The notes under the pieces were generated by a model, which worked only from the letters and a program-made list of their open reading frames with translations, was not told the DNA's origin and did not search any database. 47,613 nucleotides of DNA from a virus (Duplodnaviria > Caudoviricetes), in the IMG/VR virus record IMGVR_UViG_3300022876_000192, positions 1-47,613 of that record; one strand, 5' to 3'. Below are positions 35,216-43,814 of the stretch, piece after piece. Both the position numbers and the translations under genes were made by a program. How positions within the stretch are numbered: position 1 is the first letter of the stretch; each line of letters opens with the position of its first letter.

Positions 35216-35242
35216 AAAAACCGGCCGTTTGGCCGGTTTTTT
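35214..35242. terminator. bidirectional intrinsic terminator
   Basis: AAAAAAA-CCGGCC-GTTT-GGCCGG-TTTTTT. Confidence 0.8.
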
Positions 35243-35410
35243 GTGCCGCTCTCTGCGGTCGCACCTATCGAAGATGACTACTTTTTACAGGTCGATTCCG
35301 GTGGCAGCAACCCTGTTTTAATGCCACCCGGTGAATAAGTGGGTAACGCAGGGTGAACGCCTAGCGAATGTCGGCGAATACACCTCCCCGGCAATCTGTT
35401 GTTGCTGTGG

Positions 35411-35687
35411 TGTCCCATACGTCCCACTTTTCAAAATCGAAGTGGGACGCCTGAGAGCGCCTAAATTCGGGGCTTCGCCCCACTGTCCTACTTATCTTTC
35501 TCTTTTCTCGTGTAAAGGAAGAAATTTAAAGAACACGCGTTCGCGCGTAAGCGCGTAGTGCTCGCCCGCTACGCTCACACGGGCGGGAGGCACTACTAGG
35601 CGGGACGGTGGGACAGCCCAACAACGACAAGGCCCGCACCTGTCCCACTGCATCAAAACGCAGCGAGACAAGACGGGCCAGCGGGAC
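35411..35687. repeat. GTCCC(AC)/(GT)GGGAC iteron-like repeats, probable replication origin
   Basis: Copies at 35411, 35421, 35442, 35602, 35608, 35641 and 35683 around an AT-rich tract (about 35490-35530), downstream of primase-VirE. Confidence 0.5.
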
Positions 35688-35713
35688 AACTACAACCGGA
35701 GCGCTGCCTAGGG

Positions 35714-36073
35714 TCACGCAGCCGCCCCCATCAGCACCCAGTAGATCTGCAGATGTGCATCATGCAAACGCTGGTAGTACGTGTCGCGGCCACAACCGCA
35801 GTGGGCATACCGCAGGCGCATATCCACATCGAGCGTGCAGTAATGCTCACGCACCACCGTCACCAGCTCTGGCGCGAGGTGCTTGGTCACGATCAGCTCA
35901 ATGTCCAACGAACTCTCCAGCGGCGCCCGGAAAGCACGCCGCCCCCTGATCAGTTGCCCGTTGCTCTCCATCATCATGGCAACCATATTTCCCCCAGCCA
36001 GCCCCCCTTTTGAATGTTCCGAATGAAGCTCCTGTGCCCACAACCGAAGCAGCGAATCGATCTCCTTAATCAA
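35714..36073 (-). CDS. probable late-gene regulator (Q-like antiterminator/activator with C-terminal HTH)
   Basis: IKEIDSLLRLWA...VVREHYC...CGCGRDTYYQRLHDAH; TTG start overlapping the primase stop; position before the late operon. Confidence 0.65.
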   Translation of the reverse strand: MIKEIDSLLRLWAQELHSEHSKGGLAGGNMVAMMMESNGQLIRGRRAFRAPLESSLDIELIVTKHLAPELVTVVREHYCTLDVDMRLRYAHCGCGRDTYYQRLHDAHLQIYWVLMGAAA

Positions 36074-38282
36074 AGCAAGGCTCCTCGATCGGTTCACGCT
36101 GCAACGCCGAGGCGCCGCCCCACCCTGTCGGCTTCTTATAAGCCCAGGGCCGCTGGCCGCTCTTAGCCAATGCCGGCAACCGAACACGCCGCCAGCCCAA
36201 CCGATGCATGATCGCTCCGACGCGCATCTGCTCCGGTTTGCCCCAATGCCCGAAGTCCAACTTCAACGCACTGGTGAGCACGTCACTGCCGGTGGTGGTC
36301 TCGCCGATCTGCGACTCTTCGAGCCAGGTCAGAATCGGCCCTTCCCATTCATCCACAACGAAGCGCTCGTCCTGCTCTTCACCGAACATTGCCGCCTCAT
36401 CCAGCGTCACCCACCAGAGGTCGCCCGCGTCGTAGCAGAACACCGCCTCGGCCCACAGCTGATCGCGCATCGAGCGCAATAGATCCAGATCCACCTTGGT
36501 ACACGCGACCGGCCAGTAACGCCGGTTGCCGGTGGCGTCCTTCAGGTACTCGTCTTGGTTGGTGGTACCTACGAAAACACACTGGCGTGGCACGTCCATC
36601 GTTCTGCGGCCGTAACTCTCGCGGTAAGTGTCGGTGGACGCCGAGAAGAACTGCTTGGCCTTCGTACTCTCGGCTTTGTTGAAGCTATCCAGCTCGCCCA
36701 GCTCGACGATCCACTTGCCCCGGATCGCCTGAAAGCCGTCCTTGTCGCCCAGCGCAAACGGCGTGTCCATGAACCACTCGCCGCCGAGAATGCTCATTGC
36801 GGTCGACTTACCAGCGCCCTGCGCACCTTCGAGAATCATCACCGAGTCAGCCTTGCAGCCGGGCTTCATTACCCGCGCTACAGCCGATAGCATCCAGCGC
36901 TTGCCAACCTTTGCCGAATAATCTGTCGCCTTCACGCCCATGACGTCGGTAAGCCAACTTTCAAGCCGAGGCACCTGATCCCACTGCAGCTTGCGCAGGT
37001 ACTGGCGCACAGGATGAAACGCATGGTCATGCGCAACCACACTCACCGCCTCGATCACATGCGAGGCCTTGACCCGCAGGTTGTACTGCTGCGCGAGCCA
37101 CTTCATCACCCGCACATCATCAATGTCCGCCCAATCGCCCGTGCCGCCGCCATAAGGCGCCGCGCGCAGCTTGACGATCTTCGAACTGAAGGCGCTGTAG
37201 CTGATCACGCCGGCCCAACGCTCATCGTTGGCCAGAATCAACTCGACGTTCTGCATGTGCGCAATCAGCGCGCCGCTCTCGCTACGGGCTAGTAGATCCT
37301 TCCAACCACCAGCAGCCGGCGGCTTGACCACCGCCAACACCTGCCGGCGCACCGCCTCCAAACCTTCCGCGACATGCAGATCGTTGAAGTCGGTCCACTT
37401 GGCTTCCCGCTCACTGGAAAAGATCGGCGCAACCACCTGGCCACCGACAATCAGCGCCGCGTTGTTGGCTTTCTCTTCACCGGGATTCCACGCGTCACCA
37501 TTCGGCTTCGTGGTCTTCCAGTCATCGTCTCGGCAGATGATCAGCGGGCAACCGGCGAAACGCTCGCGCATGGCCTTGCAAACCACCAGCAAATTGCCCG
37601 CATCAAACGCAACGGCCACGGTCAATGACGTGGCCATATGCAGACTTGCGCCGGTCGCGTAGCCCTCACACACCAGCACCGGCTCGCCGGGATCCGGGTG
37701 CGGCCCGATCAGATGGAAAGCACCCTCTTTGGACATGCCGTAAGGCCAATAGGATTTGTCCCGACCGGTGTCCTCTTGCTTTGTCGGGAACACCACCTGC
37801 AGGCCGACAATCTCGTCGCGCACATTGCTCATCGGCACTAGGAATGCACCGGAGCGCGGCGCATACCGAACGCCAAAACCGACAATCTGCTTACGATCCA
37901 GATAGTCGCTACGGCCCTTCTCTGGCATGCGTTTGAACATACCCGCTGCACGCTTCGCGGCACGACGTGCCGCGTTAGCCGATATCTCAGCCGCGCGGCG
38001 TTTGGCCTCTTCCTGCCGAGCGCGCATAACCTCACGCTCTTCTGGCGACATCCGCCCAGCCTTGACCTTGATCTTCTGAGACTCGCCCGAACGCCAGTCA
38101 CCGAAAGCACCGAAGATCAGCGTCTCGCCTTTCTCCGTGTGCTGCTCATGAACGACATACCAGCCGTTCTTTTCCTTGCCCTTGTCCTGCGAAGTCTTAC
38201 ACCGGGTCAGCTTGCCAAACACCAGCGGCTGCGCAGGCTCAAGACCGTAATCTGCGAATTGCCCCAACACTTCATCGAGCAT
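36066..38282 (-). CDS. primase-helicase (TOPRIM + VirE/VapE P-loop domain)
   Basis: CEGYATGAS, AFDAGNL, DDD and TDFND (TOPRIM); GAQGAGKST, YRESYGR, GTTN and TGNRRYWP (VirE). Confidence 0.9.
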   Translation of the reverse strand: MLDEVLGQFADYGLEPAQPLVFGKLTRCKTSQDKGKEKNGWYVVHEQHTEKGETLIFGAFGDWRSGESQKIKVKAGRMSPEEREVMRARQEEAKRRAAEISANAARRAAKRAAGMFKRMPEKGRSDYLDRKQIVGFGVRYAPRSGAFLVPMSNVRDEIVGLQVVFPTKQEDTGRDKSYWPYGMSKEGAFHLIGPHPDPGEPVLVCEGYATGASLHMATSLTVAVAFDAGNLLVVCKAMRERFAGCPLIICRDDDWKTTKPNGDAWNPGEEKANNAALIVGGQVVAPIFSSEREAKWTDFNDLHVAEGLEAVRRQVLAVVKPPAAGGWKDLLARSESGALIAHMQNVELILANDERWAGVISYSAFSSKIVKLRAAPYGGGTGDWADIDDVRVMKWLAQQYNLRVKASHVIEAVSVVAHDHAFHPVRQYLRKLQWDQVPRLESWLTDVMGVKATDYSAKVGKRWMLSAVARVMKPGCKADSVMILEGAQGAGKSTAMSILGGEWFMDTPFALGDKDGFQAIRGKWIVELGELDSFNKAESTKAKQFFSASTDTYRESYGRRTMDVPRQCVFVGTTNQDEYLKDATGNRRYWPVACTKVDLDLLRSMRDQLWAEAVFCYDAGDLWWVTLDEAAMFGEEQDERFVVDEWEGPILTWLEESQIGETTTGSDVLTSALKLDFGHWGKPEQMRVGAIMHRLGWRRVRLPALAKSGQRPWAYKKPTGWGGASALQREPIEEPCFD

Positions 38283-38499
38283 GGATGGCCTCCATGATCT
38301 CCTCGACCTCCTGGCAGGTCACGCATTGCGTACAGCCAGGAACAGCTAAACGCCGTCCCTCGGGGATTGGGCTGTCGCAGTTTTCACAGAATAGAAACGA
38401 ATGCGCCGCCAATGCAGGTTTAGCGGCGTTGCGTGCAGCGAGCGCCTGATCGATACGCTCTTGCACCAGGTCATTTGCAAAGTCAGCAATGTCAGCCAC
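38272..38499 (-). CDS. TraR/DksA C4-type zinc-finger protein
   Basis: GTG start VADIADFAND; CENCDSPIPEGRR.AVPGCTQCVTCQ. Confidence 0.85.
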   Translation of the reverse strand: MADIADFANDLVQERIDQALAARNAAKPALAAHSFLFCENCDSPIPEGRRLAVPGCTQCVTCQEVEEIMEAIHAR

Positions 38500-39010
38500 G
38501 ATCAACACCCCGCGTCGTCTGGTTGACATACGTGGCGCGGTTGAACAAACCCAACAGCCCTTGAATCCCTCGAAACACCTGCAGGCGAATCGCGGCCAGT
38601 TCTTCATCAGAAACCACACCGTCGCCAATGCTCTTGGCCCAGGTATCCGCCAGATCCGCAACCTGCCGGAAGTACTCGGCAATACCGGTGGTCAACGTCT
38701 CGGGCATGTCGTTGGTGTACGCCTCAGCCAGCTCCTGCCAAGTCGTGTCACCCACCAACGCATGTACCGCATCCAGAATGCGGCGATCCTTGGTCAGCTC
38801 CAGAATCTCGCCGAACTCTTGAATGTTCACCGTGTGGCTGGGGTGGGTTGGGGACAGCTTGTGCTGCAGCGTGGTCGCATTTCGGCCGGTGGTGGCTGCA
38901 ATGGCTGCGGCGCCGCCGGGGTAGTCCCGAGCGGCATGGTAAAGCGCGAGATCGAGCGGCAAAACTTCCCGCTGCGCCCGCTCAACAGAACTCAGAGCGA
39001 TACGGCTCAT
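38492..39010 (-). CDS. phage regulatory protein, CII (CP76)-like
   Basis: YPGGAAAIA...NATTLQHKLSP and DGVVSDEE motifs; downstream of cro. Confidence 0.8.
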   Translation of the reverse strand: MSRIALSSVERAQREVLPLDLALYHAARDYPGGAAAIAATTGRNATTLQHKLSPTHPSHTVNIQEFGEILELTKDRRILDAVHALVGDTTWQELAEAYTNDMPETLTTGIAEYFRQVADLADTWAKSIGDGVVSDEELAAIRLQVFRGIQGLLGLFNRATYVNQTTRGVDRG

Positions 39011-39069
39011 GGCATTAATCCTTGTAAGTTGCCAGTGCCGCGCGACATGCAGTGGTGATACATTTGCCG

Positions 39070-39337
39070 CGTGGCTTGAAAGGGCCCAAACGCCGGCTAG
39101 ATCTTCGGGATCGATACCGGCACCGTGCCGGGGCGAGCAATCCGTTGCTCACCCCTGGCGCAACAGCTGCCAAATCTGTGGTGGAAGAGGCAGCAACACC
39201 AAGGCTTCCGAGCCTTGGAAAAGCGCGATCAAGAGAGGTGGTTGCATGTGGTGTGCCCGCCTCTCTTTATCGCGACCCGACAGCGCTGTGGTGGTGCGTG
39301 CCGGGAGGAACCAGGCGGCCTTTAGGTCGCCTTTTTT
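39070..39337 (+). ncRNA. putative multi-hairpin antisense/regulatory RNA with three UGUGGUG loops
   Basis: Extended -10 TGATACATT (39056-39064); six stem-loops at 39092-39305; terminator hairpin plus T6 at 39313-39337; loops complementary to early-operon sites. Confidence 0.6.
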
Positions 39338-39341
39338 CTTA

Positions 39342-39602
39342 TCACGCAGCTGCTTTTTGCGGAGCCGAAGCGTTCAACAGCCAAGCAGCTTGGAATCCGT
39401 TGCCTTTCTGCTTCGCAGCCGTCGCCAACAGCTCGGCGTATTTGGTTTCACCTGTGTAATCCGTTCGCGGCAGGCATGCAGCCTGACGCCATTTGTTCAG
39501 TGCTTGGTAGCTTCTATTGCATACCTTCGCAGCGGCCCCGATGCCGCCTACGGCTTCAAACGCAAACGCAATCGCGCTCGGAAAATCTGCGGGGTCCAAC
39601 AT
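39342..39602 (-). CDS. cro: Cro-like HTH repressor
   Basis: AVGGIGAAAKVCNRSYQALNKW HTH; GGAGG SD; divergent from cI. Confidence 0.8.
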   Translation of the reverse strand: MLDPADFPSAIAFAFEAVGGIGAAAKVCNRSYQALNKWRQAACLPRTDYTGETKYAELLATAAKQKGNGFQAAWLLNASAPQKAAA

Positions 39603-39617
39603 GACAACCTCCATTTA

Positions 39618-39689
39618 TCAACTTGCGGTTGATGTTATAGCTCAACTGACTATTGCGCAACCTTTATGAGACTCTCAACTCATGGTTGA
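39618..39689. promoter_or_regulatory. cI/cro operator region (TCAAC-N5-GTTGA sites)
   Basis: TCAACTTGCGGTTGA (39618-39632), degenerate TCAACTGACTATTGC (39642-39656), TCAACTCATGGTTGA (39675-39689, overlapping the cI ATG). Confidence 0.75.
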
Positions 39690-40413
39690 TAAAAATTCTC
39701 TCCGCGCAGCTTTCAGCGAGCGCCTACACGAAGCACTCAACGATGCTGGCGTCCGCGCCCGTGGTCGTGGAGTGGATGTTCATCGTCAGTTGAAAAGCGT
39801 GGGCGTTGATAAAACAACCCAGGCCATCAGCAAATGGCTGAATGGTGAAGCGATGGCTGAGGCAGATAGCATGTCTGCCCTCTGCTCATGGCTTGGTGTC
39901 AGGCGGGAATGGCTTGAATACGGTGTACTGCCGAAAGAGCAGACTGGCCATAGCAACGTTCGCGCTCTAGCCCCTAGTGACTCGAGCAACGTTAGTGAGA
40001 TCAATCAGCGCTTTGGAAAGGTTCCATTGATCTCATGGGTTCAGGCTGGTGCCTGGTGCGAAGCGATCTCAAACATTGAGAACTATGACAGTGATTCTTG
40101 GTTGTCATGTCCGGTTCCGATTAGTGCCCATGGCTACGCCTTGAAGGTTCTGGGTGACTCAATGACTAATCCAGGACCCGGGCGCAGTTACCCAACAGGA
40201 TGTATTATTTTTGTGGATCCTGAAGCTGAAACAAAGACAGGGGATCGAGTAATTGCCAGAGTGCCCCGCACAAATGAAGCAACCTTCAAAATATTGGTAG
40301 AGGACGCTGGCCGGCAATTTCTTAGACCTATCAACCCGCAATACCCAATCATTGATATTACGGAAGAAACGCACATTTGTGGAAAAGTGGTTGGATCATT
40401 TATCCCGGAGTGA
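39682..40413 (+). CDS. cI: CI-type repressor (HTH + S24 autopeptidase)
   Basis: HTH TTQAISKWLNGE; VPLISWVQAG (Ala-Gly cleavage site); catalytic GDSM and TFK. Confidence 0.92.
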   Translation: MVDKNSLRAAFSERLHEALNDAGVRARGRGVDVHRQLKSVGVDKTTQAISKWLNGEAMAEADSMSALCSWLGVRREWLEYGVLPKEQTGHSNVRALAPSDSSNVSEINQRFGKVPLISWVQAGAWCEAISNIENYDSDSWLSCPVPISAHGYALKVLGDSMTNPGPGRSYPTGCIIFVDPEAETKTGDRVIARVPRTNEATFKILVEDAGRQFLRPINPQYPIIDITEETHICGKVVGSFIPE

Positions 40414-40432
40414 AACCTTATTCGAAGACAAA

Positions 40433-41554
40433 TCAACTGTGAGGAAACATATGTGAAAAATTCGACGTATTTCGAAGCTGTTGAAATTCTCTTATTTGGA
40501 AATCAGATATTTGTTCATAGTCAGCAAACGCTGTCTCTTCGTAAGCAGCTGTCCAGTGCCAAGACACTTCTAGAAAATCATTTTTATCCATATGCTTTAA
40601 TAAAGAATATTTTTCAACGTAATATTTCAAACCATACCCTTTAGGTGTCAAGCAGTTTAGGTATAAAACCTTTAATTCATCGTCAGAAATCTGCGCCCTT
40701 AATATATTGCAATATTGACGTCGCTGGAAATATTCCATACGCAATTGACGCTTGGATTTCTTACCTTTTTCACCCCCTTCGTCATTCAATTCCAACTTAA
40801 AATTATCAATCAATTTAAGTATCTGGTACATATTTCGAAAATACTGAGATAGTGATATTTTATTATCACTTTCAATTACATCCTTCACAGCCTCTTTAAG
40901 TTCTCTTAGGCCATTTGAATTTATACGCTCTTGTTCTTTTTTTCGTTCGACCCAAGAATACACGTCCGAAAATTCGATAACCGCGCTTTCTGAACCACGC
41001 AGATTAACCTTTTCAAGCACGCCATTAACAACCGATCTAAAAGTATCACTATCATCAAATCTACTTCTAGTTCGCAGCCTTTCTGCCAGTCTACTATGAA
41101 CATCTAAAAGCCTAAACAGAACTGATTCAAAGTTTTGCCGCTCAAAAACCGCAGTTTGTTTATCCTGAATACGATTTGCTATCCGTGTCTCTTCTTTAGC
41201 TTCTTTGAGCTCTTTGCTTTGCATTTTAATAGTAAAAAGTACGGCAATCAAAGCCATGAAACTTAGCAAGGGATTCAATACCCCACCAAAAAAATCTCCA
41301 ATTTGGCCCATATATTCAAGCTGAGTCACATTCGTGAATCTCAACAAAGGAAAATCAACATTAACAGAGATTTTTAACCACAAAATTAATGCGATAAAAA
41401 AAATTAGAAAGAGGCTCGTTGCCAAAAATGTTGGACCAAATCGCATCCATGCACACTTGTCAGAAAGCCCAATAAAAATTTTACGAAAGAAAATAGATAC
41501 TTTCTCGTTCCTAAGCTGTCTCCTGTACTCAGCAGCCAGTCTTTTCTCAAGCAT
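40433..41554 (-). CDS. putative phage abortive infection protein (putAbiC-like, 2 TM + helical domain)
   Basis: GQIGDFFGG..NP, FESVLFRLL..H, YFRNMYQILK, Y.NILRAQIS..EL..L..N and VEKYSLLKH motifs; low GC. Confidence 0.8.
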   Translation of the reverse strand: MLEKRLAAEYRRQLRNEKVSIFFRKIFIGLSDKCAWMRFGPTFLATSLFLIFFIALILWLKISVNVDFPLLRFTNVTQLEYMGQIGDFFGGVLNPLLSFMALIAVLFTIKMQSKELKEAKEETRIANRIQDKQTAVFERQNFESVLFRLLDVHSRLAERLRTRSRFDDSDTFRSVVNGVLEKVNLRGSESAVIEFSDVYSWVERKKEQERINSNGLRELKEAVKDVIESDNKISLSQYFRNMYQILKLIDNFKLELNDEGGEKGKKSKRQLRMEYFQRRQYCNILRAQISDDELKVLYLNCLTPKGYGLKYYVEKYSLLKHMDKNDFLEVSWHWTAAYEETAFADYEQISDFQIREFQQLRNTSNFSHMFPHS

Positions 41555-41679
41555 TATGAAACTCCTTTTTAATCACCTTAGCTCGGTGATAATGCAGAAA
41601 GCAAAAAGCACCGTATGCTATCCAAAAGCCACTACACGGTCCATGTTTTGTACTCACGACCGAAATCAACTGCAAAATA

Positions 41680-41719
41680 TCAACCAATGGTTGACTTATC
41701 GCAACCAACGGTTGATATT
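41680..41719 (+). promoter_or_regulatory. early (PL-like) promoter with two repressor operators
   Basis: TTGACT (41691)-17 bp-GATATT (41714); operators TCAACCAATGGTTGA (41680-41694) and GCAACCAACGGTTGA (41701-41715). Confidence 0.75.
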
Positions 41720-41754
41720 TGCCTCACTCTTCCACCACAGAGCGAGGCAACACC

Positions 41755-41931
41755 ATGCACACCACAACAACCCTGCACGTCCATCCGGCCGCAGCCACTC
41801 CCTTCCAAATCTTTGAGATCCGGCGCCTAGCCCGCGAGTACGGCTGCGCGTTCGCCATCAGCAAACCGAAGCTGGCAGCATGCACCAGTCCTGCCCCGGT
41901 CAATCCGAACGGCGGAGGGCACGCAGCATGA
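41755..41931 (+). CDS. small early hypothetical protein
   Basis: GAGG SD, MHTTTTLHVHP...GGGHAA; ATGA overlap with the next gene. Confidence 0.65.
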   Translation: MHTTTTLHVHPAAATPFQIFEIRRLAREYGCAFAISKPKLAACTSPAPVNPNGGGHAA

Positions 41932-42518
41932 TCAAGTACAAAATCGACAACCGCACCCTGCAGTTGCTCAATGCTCAGGTCAACCTGACCGAGACTTTCA
42001 ACCACGTTCTACGAACCGCGCCCAAGCGCGAGTGCCTGGCGTTTCGCCTCAAGGTTGAACGTGGCATCGCGGAAAGCACCTTCGTCGTGGAGCTGGGCAG
42101 CGAACGCCACACGCTGACCCTGCCGAACGAAAAGAAGATGCATCTCAAGCTGGCCGACTTCATCGAAGAGATCGCCAACGGCCCGTTCGATGCGAGCAAT
42201 ACAAGCGACCTGCTGCACCGCCCTCACGCCAGCCGCGAATACGGCCGCTTTGAGGTATCGGATAAGCAGCGGGTGTTCGAGCTGGTACGCACCGGCGGCG
42301 TGCTGAGCCTCGACATGGGTTTCGACTACCCGCTAATCGTCGCGCTTCATCGCACTCACTCTCGATCAGGTGTCACCACCATCCTGAGCATCGGTAACAA
42401 AAGCCCACACACCCGTTACTTCACCGTGTACGGCAGCGATGTCGAGATCTACGGCAAGGTCAGCGAATCCATTAACCACCTTGCTGCAGCGGCAACTCCA
42501 GCTGCGCACGCGGCATGA
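41928..42518 (+). CDS. early hypothetical protein
   Basis: 196 aa ORF MIKYKIDNRTLQLL..., translationally coupled to the previous gene. Confidence 0.7.
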   Translation: MIKYKIDNRTLQLLNAQVNLTETFNHVLRTAPKRECLAFRLKVERGIAESTFVVELGSERHTLTLPNEKKMHLKLADFIEEIANGPFDASNTSDLLHRPHASREYGRFEVSDKQRVFELVRTGGVLSLDMGFDYPLIVALHRTHSRSGVTTILSIGNKSPHTRYFTVYGSDVEIYGKVSESINHLAAAATPAAHAA

Positions 42519-42528
42519 GGGGCACACC

Positions 42529-42813
42529 ATGGAACGCACCCTCGCCCAAGCCGCAACCCACCTCGGTCTGACTCGGCCGAAGCTCATCGCACGCATGCGT
42601 GAAAAAGGTCTGCTTAACGAGAGGAACCTACCGGCCTATCCCAACCGTGATCGCGACTTCCTGCGAATCAAGGACGGCCAGTGGTACCACGATCAGCTCG
42701 GCATGCAGTACAGCCAGTCGACCAAGGTGAAACAACCTGGCATCCGCTGGCTGGCGGAACAGTTGGGGATCGACCTACCTGCCATACCGGCAGACAACCG
42801 TGACGTGGCCTAG
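42529..42813 (+). CDS. phage antirepressor KilAC-domain protein
   Basis: TLAQAA..LG...PKL...MREKGLL...NLP.....STKV...GIRWLA. Confidence 0.75.
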   Translation: MERTLAQAATHLGLTRPKLIARMREKGLLNERNLPAYPNRDRDFLRIKDGQWYHDQLGMQYSQSTKVKQPGIRWLAEQLGIDLPAIPADNRDVA

Positions 42814-42979
42814 GGAATACGCCCGCCAGATCATCGCCATGCGAACACGAGAGGAGCGCAACGCCGCGCTCCTCGAAGTGCCCGAACATCTGCGCGAGCT
42901 GACCAGAACGCATTGCCTGAACGCCTGGAACCACCCGGCCAGAAAACAACGCAAGGAGGCCCAACAAAGCCATGAGTAA
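42800..42979 (+). CDS. small early hypothetical protein (59 aa)
   Basis: GTG start, TWPREYARQIIAMRTREERNAALLEVPEHLR...; overlaps both neighbours. Confidence 0.55.
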   Translation: MTWPREYARQIIAMRTREERNAALLEVPEHLRELTRTHCLNAWNHPARKQRKEAQQSHE

Positions 42980-43289
42980 CACAGCACAAAACCCTCTACG
43001 CCTGCACCCGGCGCCGGAATCAGCCACCGTCGAATTGCTTTACCGCATCTTCGGCGACGTCCTGATTCCACTCGACAAAGTGCGCGAGCAGTACTTCCGC
43101 AACCTCAACGAGCAATCCTTCGTCGCCGAGATCAGCAGCGGCCGCATCCAGCTCCCCATCACCACGTTGGACACCAGCCGCAAGGCACCGAAGTACGCAC
43201 ACATCCGGCACGTCGCCTCACTGATCGACATCCGCGCCTACAAGGCCGACGAAGACATGCAGCGACAGCAGGATGACACCAACGAGTAA
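42972..43289 (+). CDS. PrtN-family (pyocin activator-like) DNA-binding protein
   Basis: LLYRIFGDVLIPLDKVREQYF and I.SGRI.LPI.....SRKA.KY.HIRHVASLID motifs. Confidence 0.8.
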   Translation: MSNTAQNPLRLHPAPESATVELLYRIFGDVLIPLDKVREQYFRNLNEQSFVAEISSGRIQLPITTLDTSRKAPKYAHIRHVASLIDIRAYKADEDMQRQQDDTNE

Positions 43290-43346
43290 CACCCAAAACC
43301 GAATGGCTGCCACCACCAGCCGAAGACTTCCCCAGGAGCACACCAC

Positions 43347-43814
43347 ATGACCACAGTTCAAATTTACGCCCTGATAGCAATCGCCATCATGATCGCCGGC
43401 GTCTATTGGCTCGCCTACCGGCACGGCTTCAGCAGCGGCCAAGCCGAGGGACATTCAGAGGGCTACAGCGATGGCTATGACGTTGGCGGCTGTGTTGGGT
43501 ATCGAGACGGCCAAGCGAGCCAGAGCGCTGATAGCGCGGAAGAAATCCGCAACTTGCAGCACACCCTTGATCAGGCGCACGACCAACGCAAGAAACTCTA
43601 CACCCACTACGAGCGCGCCTTGGCTGCCTCAAAACTTGGCGAACAGGAACGACTGACCCTACTGGAAATCGCCGAGAAACTCCGGATCGCATCCGAAACG
43701 TTTAGCGCCTTCCGCACCGGCAAAAAGCTGGAGCGCGACACCCGCACACTCCGCGACCAGGCGCTCGCCATAGCTGCCCTGCTGGAACCGGCCGAACAGG
43801 AGAACGCCGCATGA
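43347..43814 (+). CDS. membrane-anchored coiled-coil hypothetical protein
   Basis: AGGAG SD; N-terminal TM helix, GxxxG repeats, coiled coil. Confidence 0.7.
   Translation: MTTVQIYALIAIAIMIAGVYWLAYRHGFSSGQAEGHSEGYSDGYDVGGCVGYRDGQASQSADSAEEIRNLQHTLDQAHDQRKKLYTHYERALAASKLGEQERLTLLEIAEKLRIASETFSAFRTGKKLERDTRTLRDQALAIAALLEPAEQENAA

Noticed and set aside
39009-39632. + strand ORFs of 207, 135 and 66 aa across the cro-cII gap
   Set aside because: No SD or protein motifs; they overlap cro and a densely hairpinned region better explained as RNA
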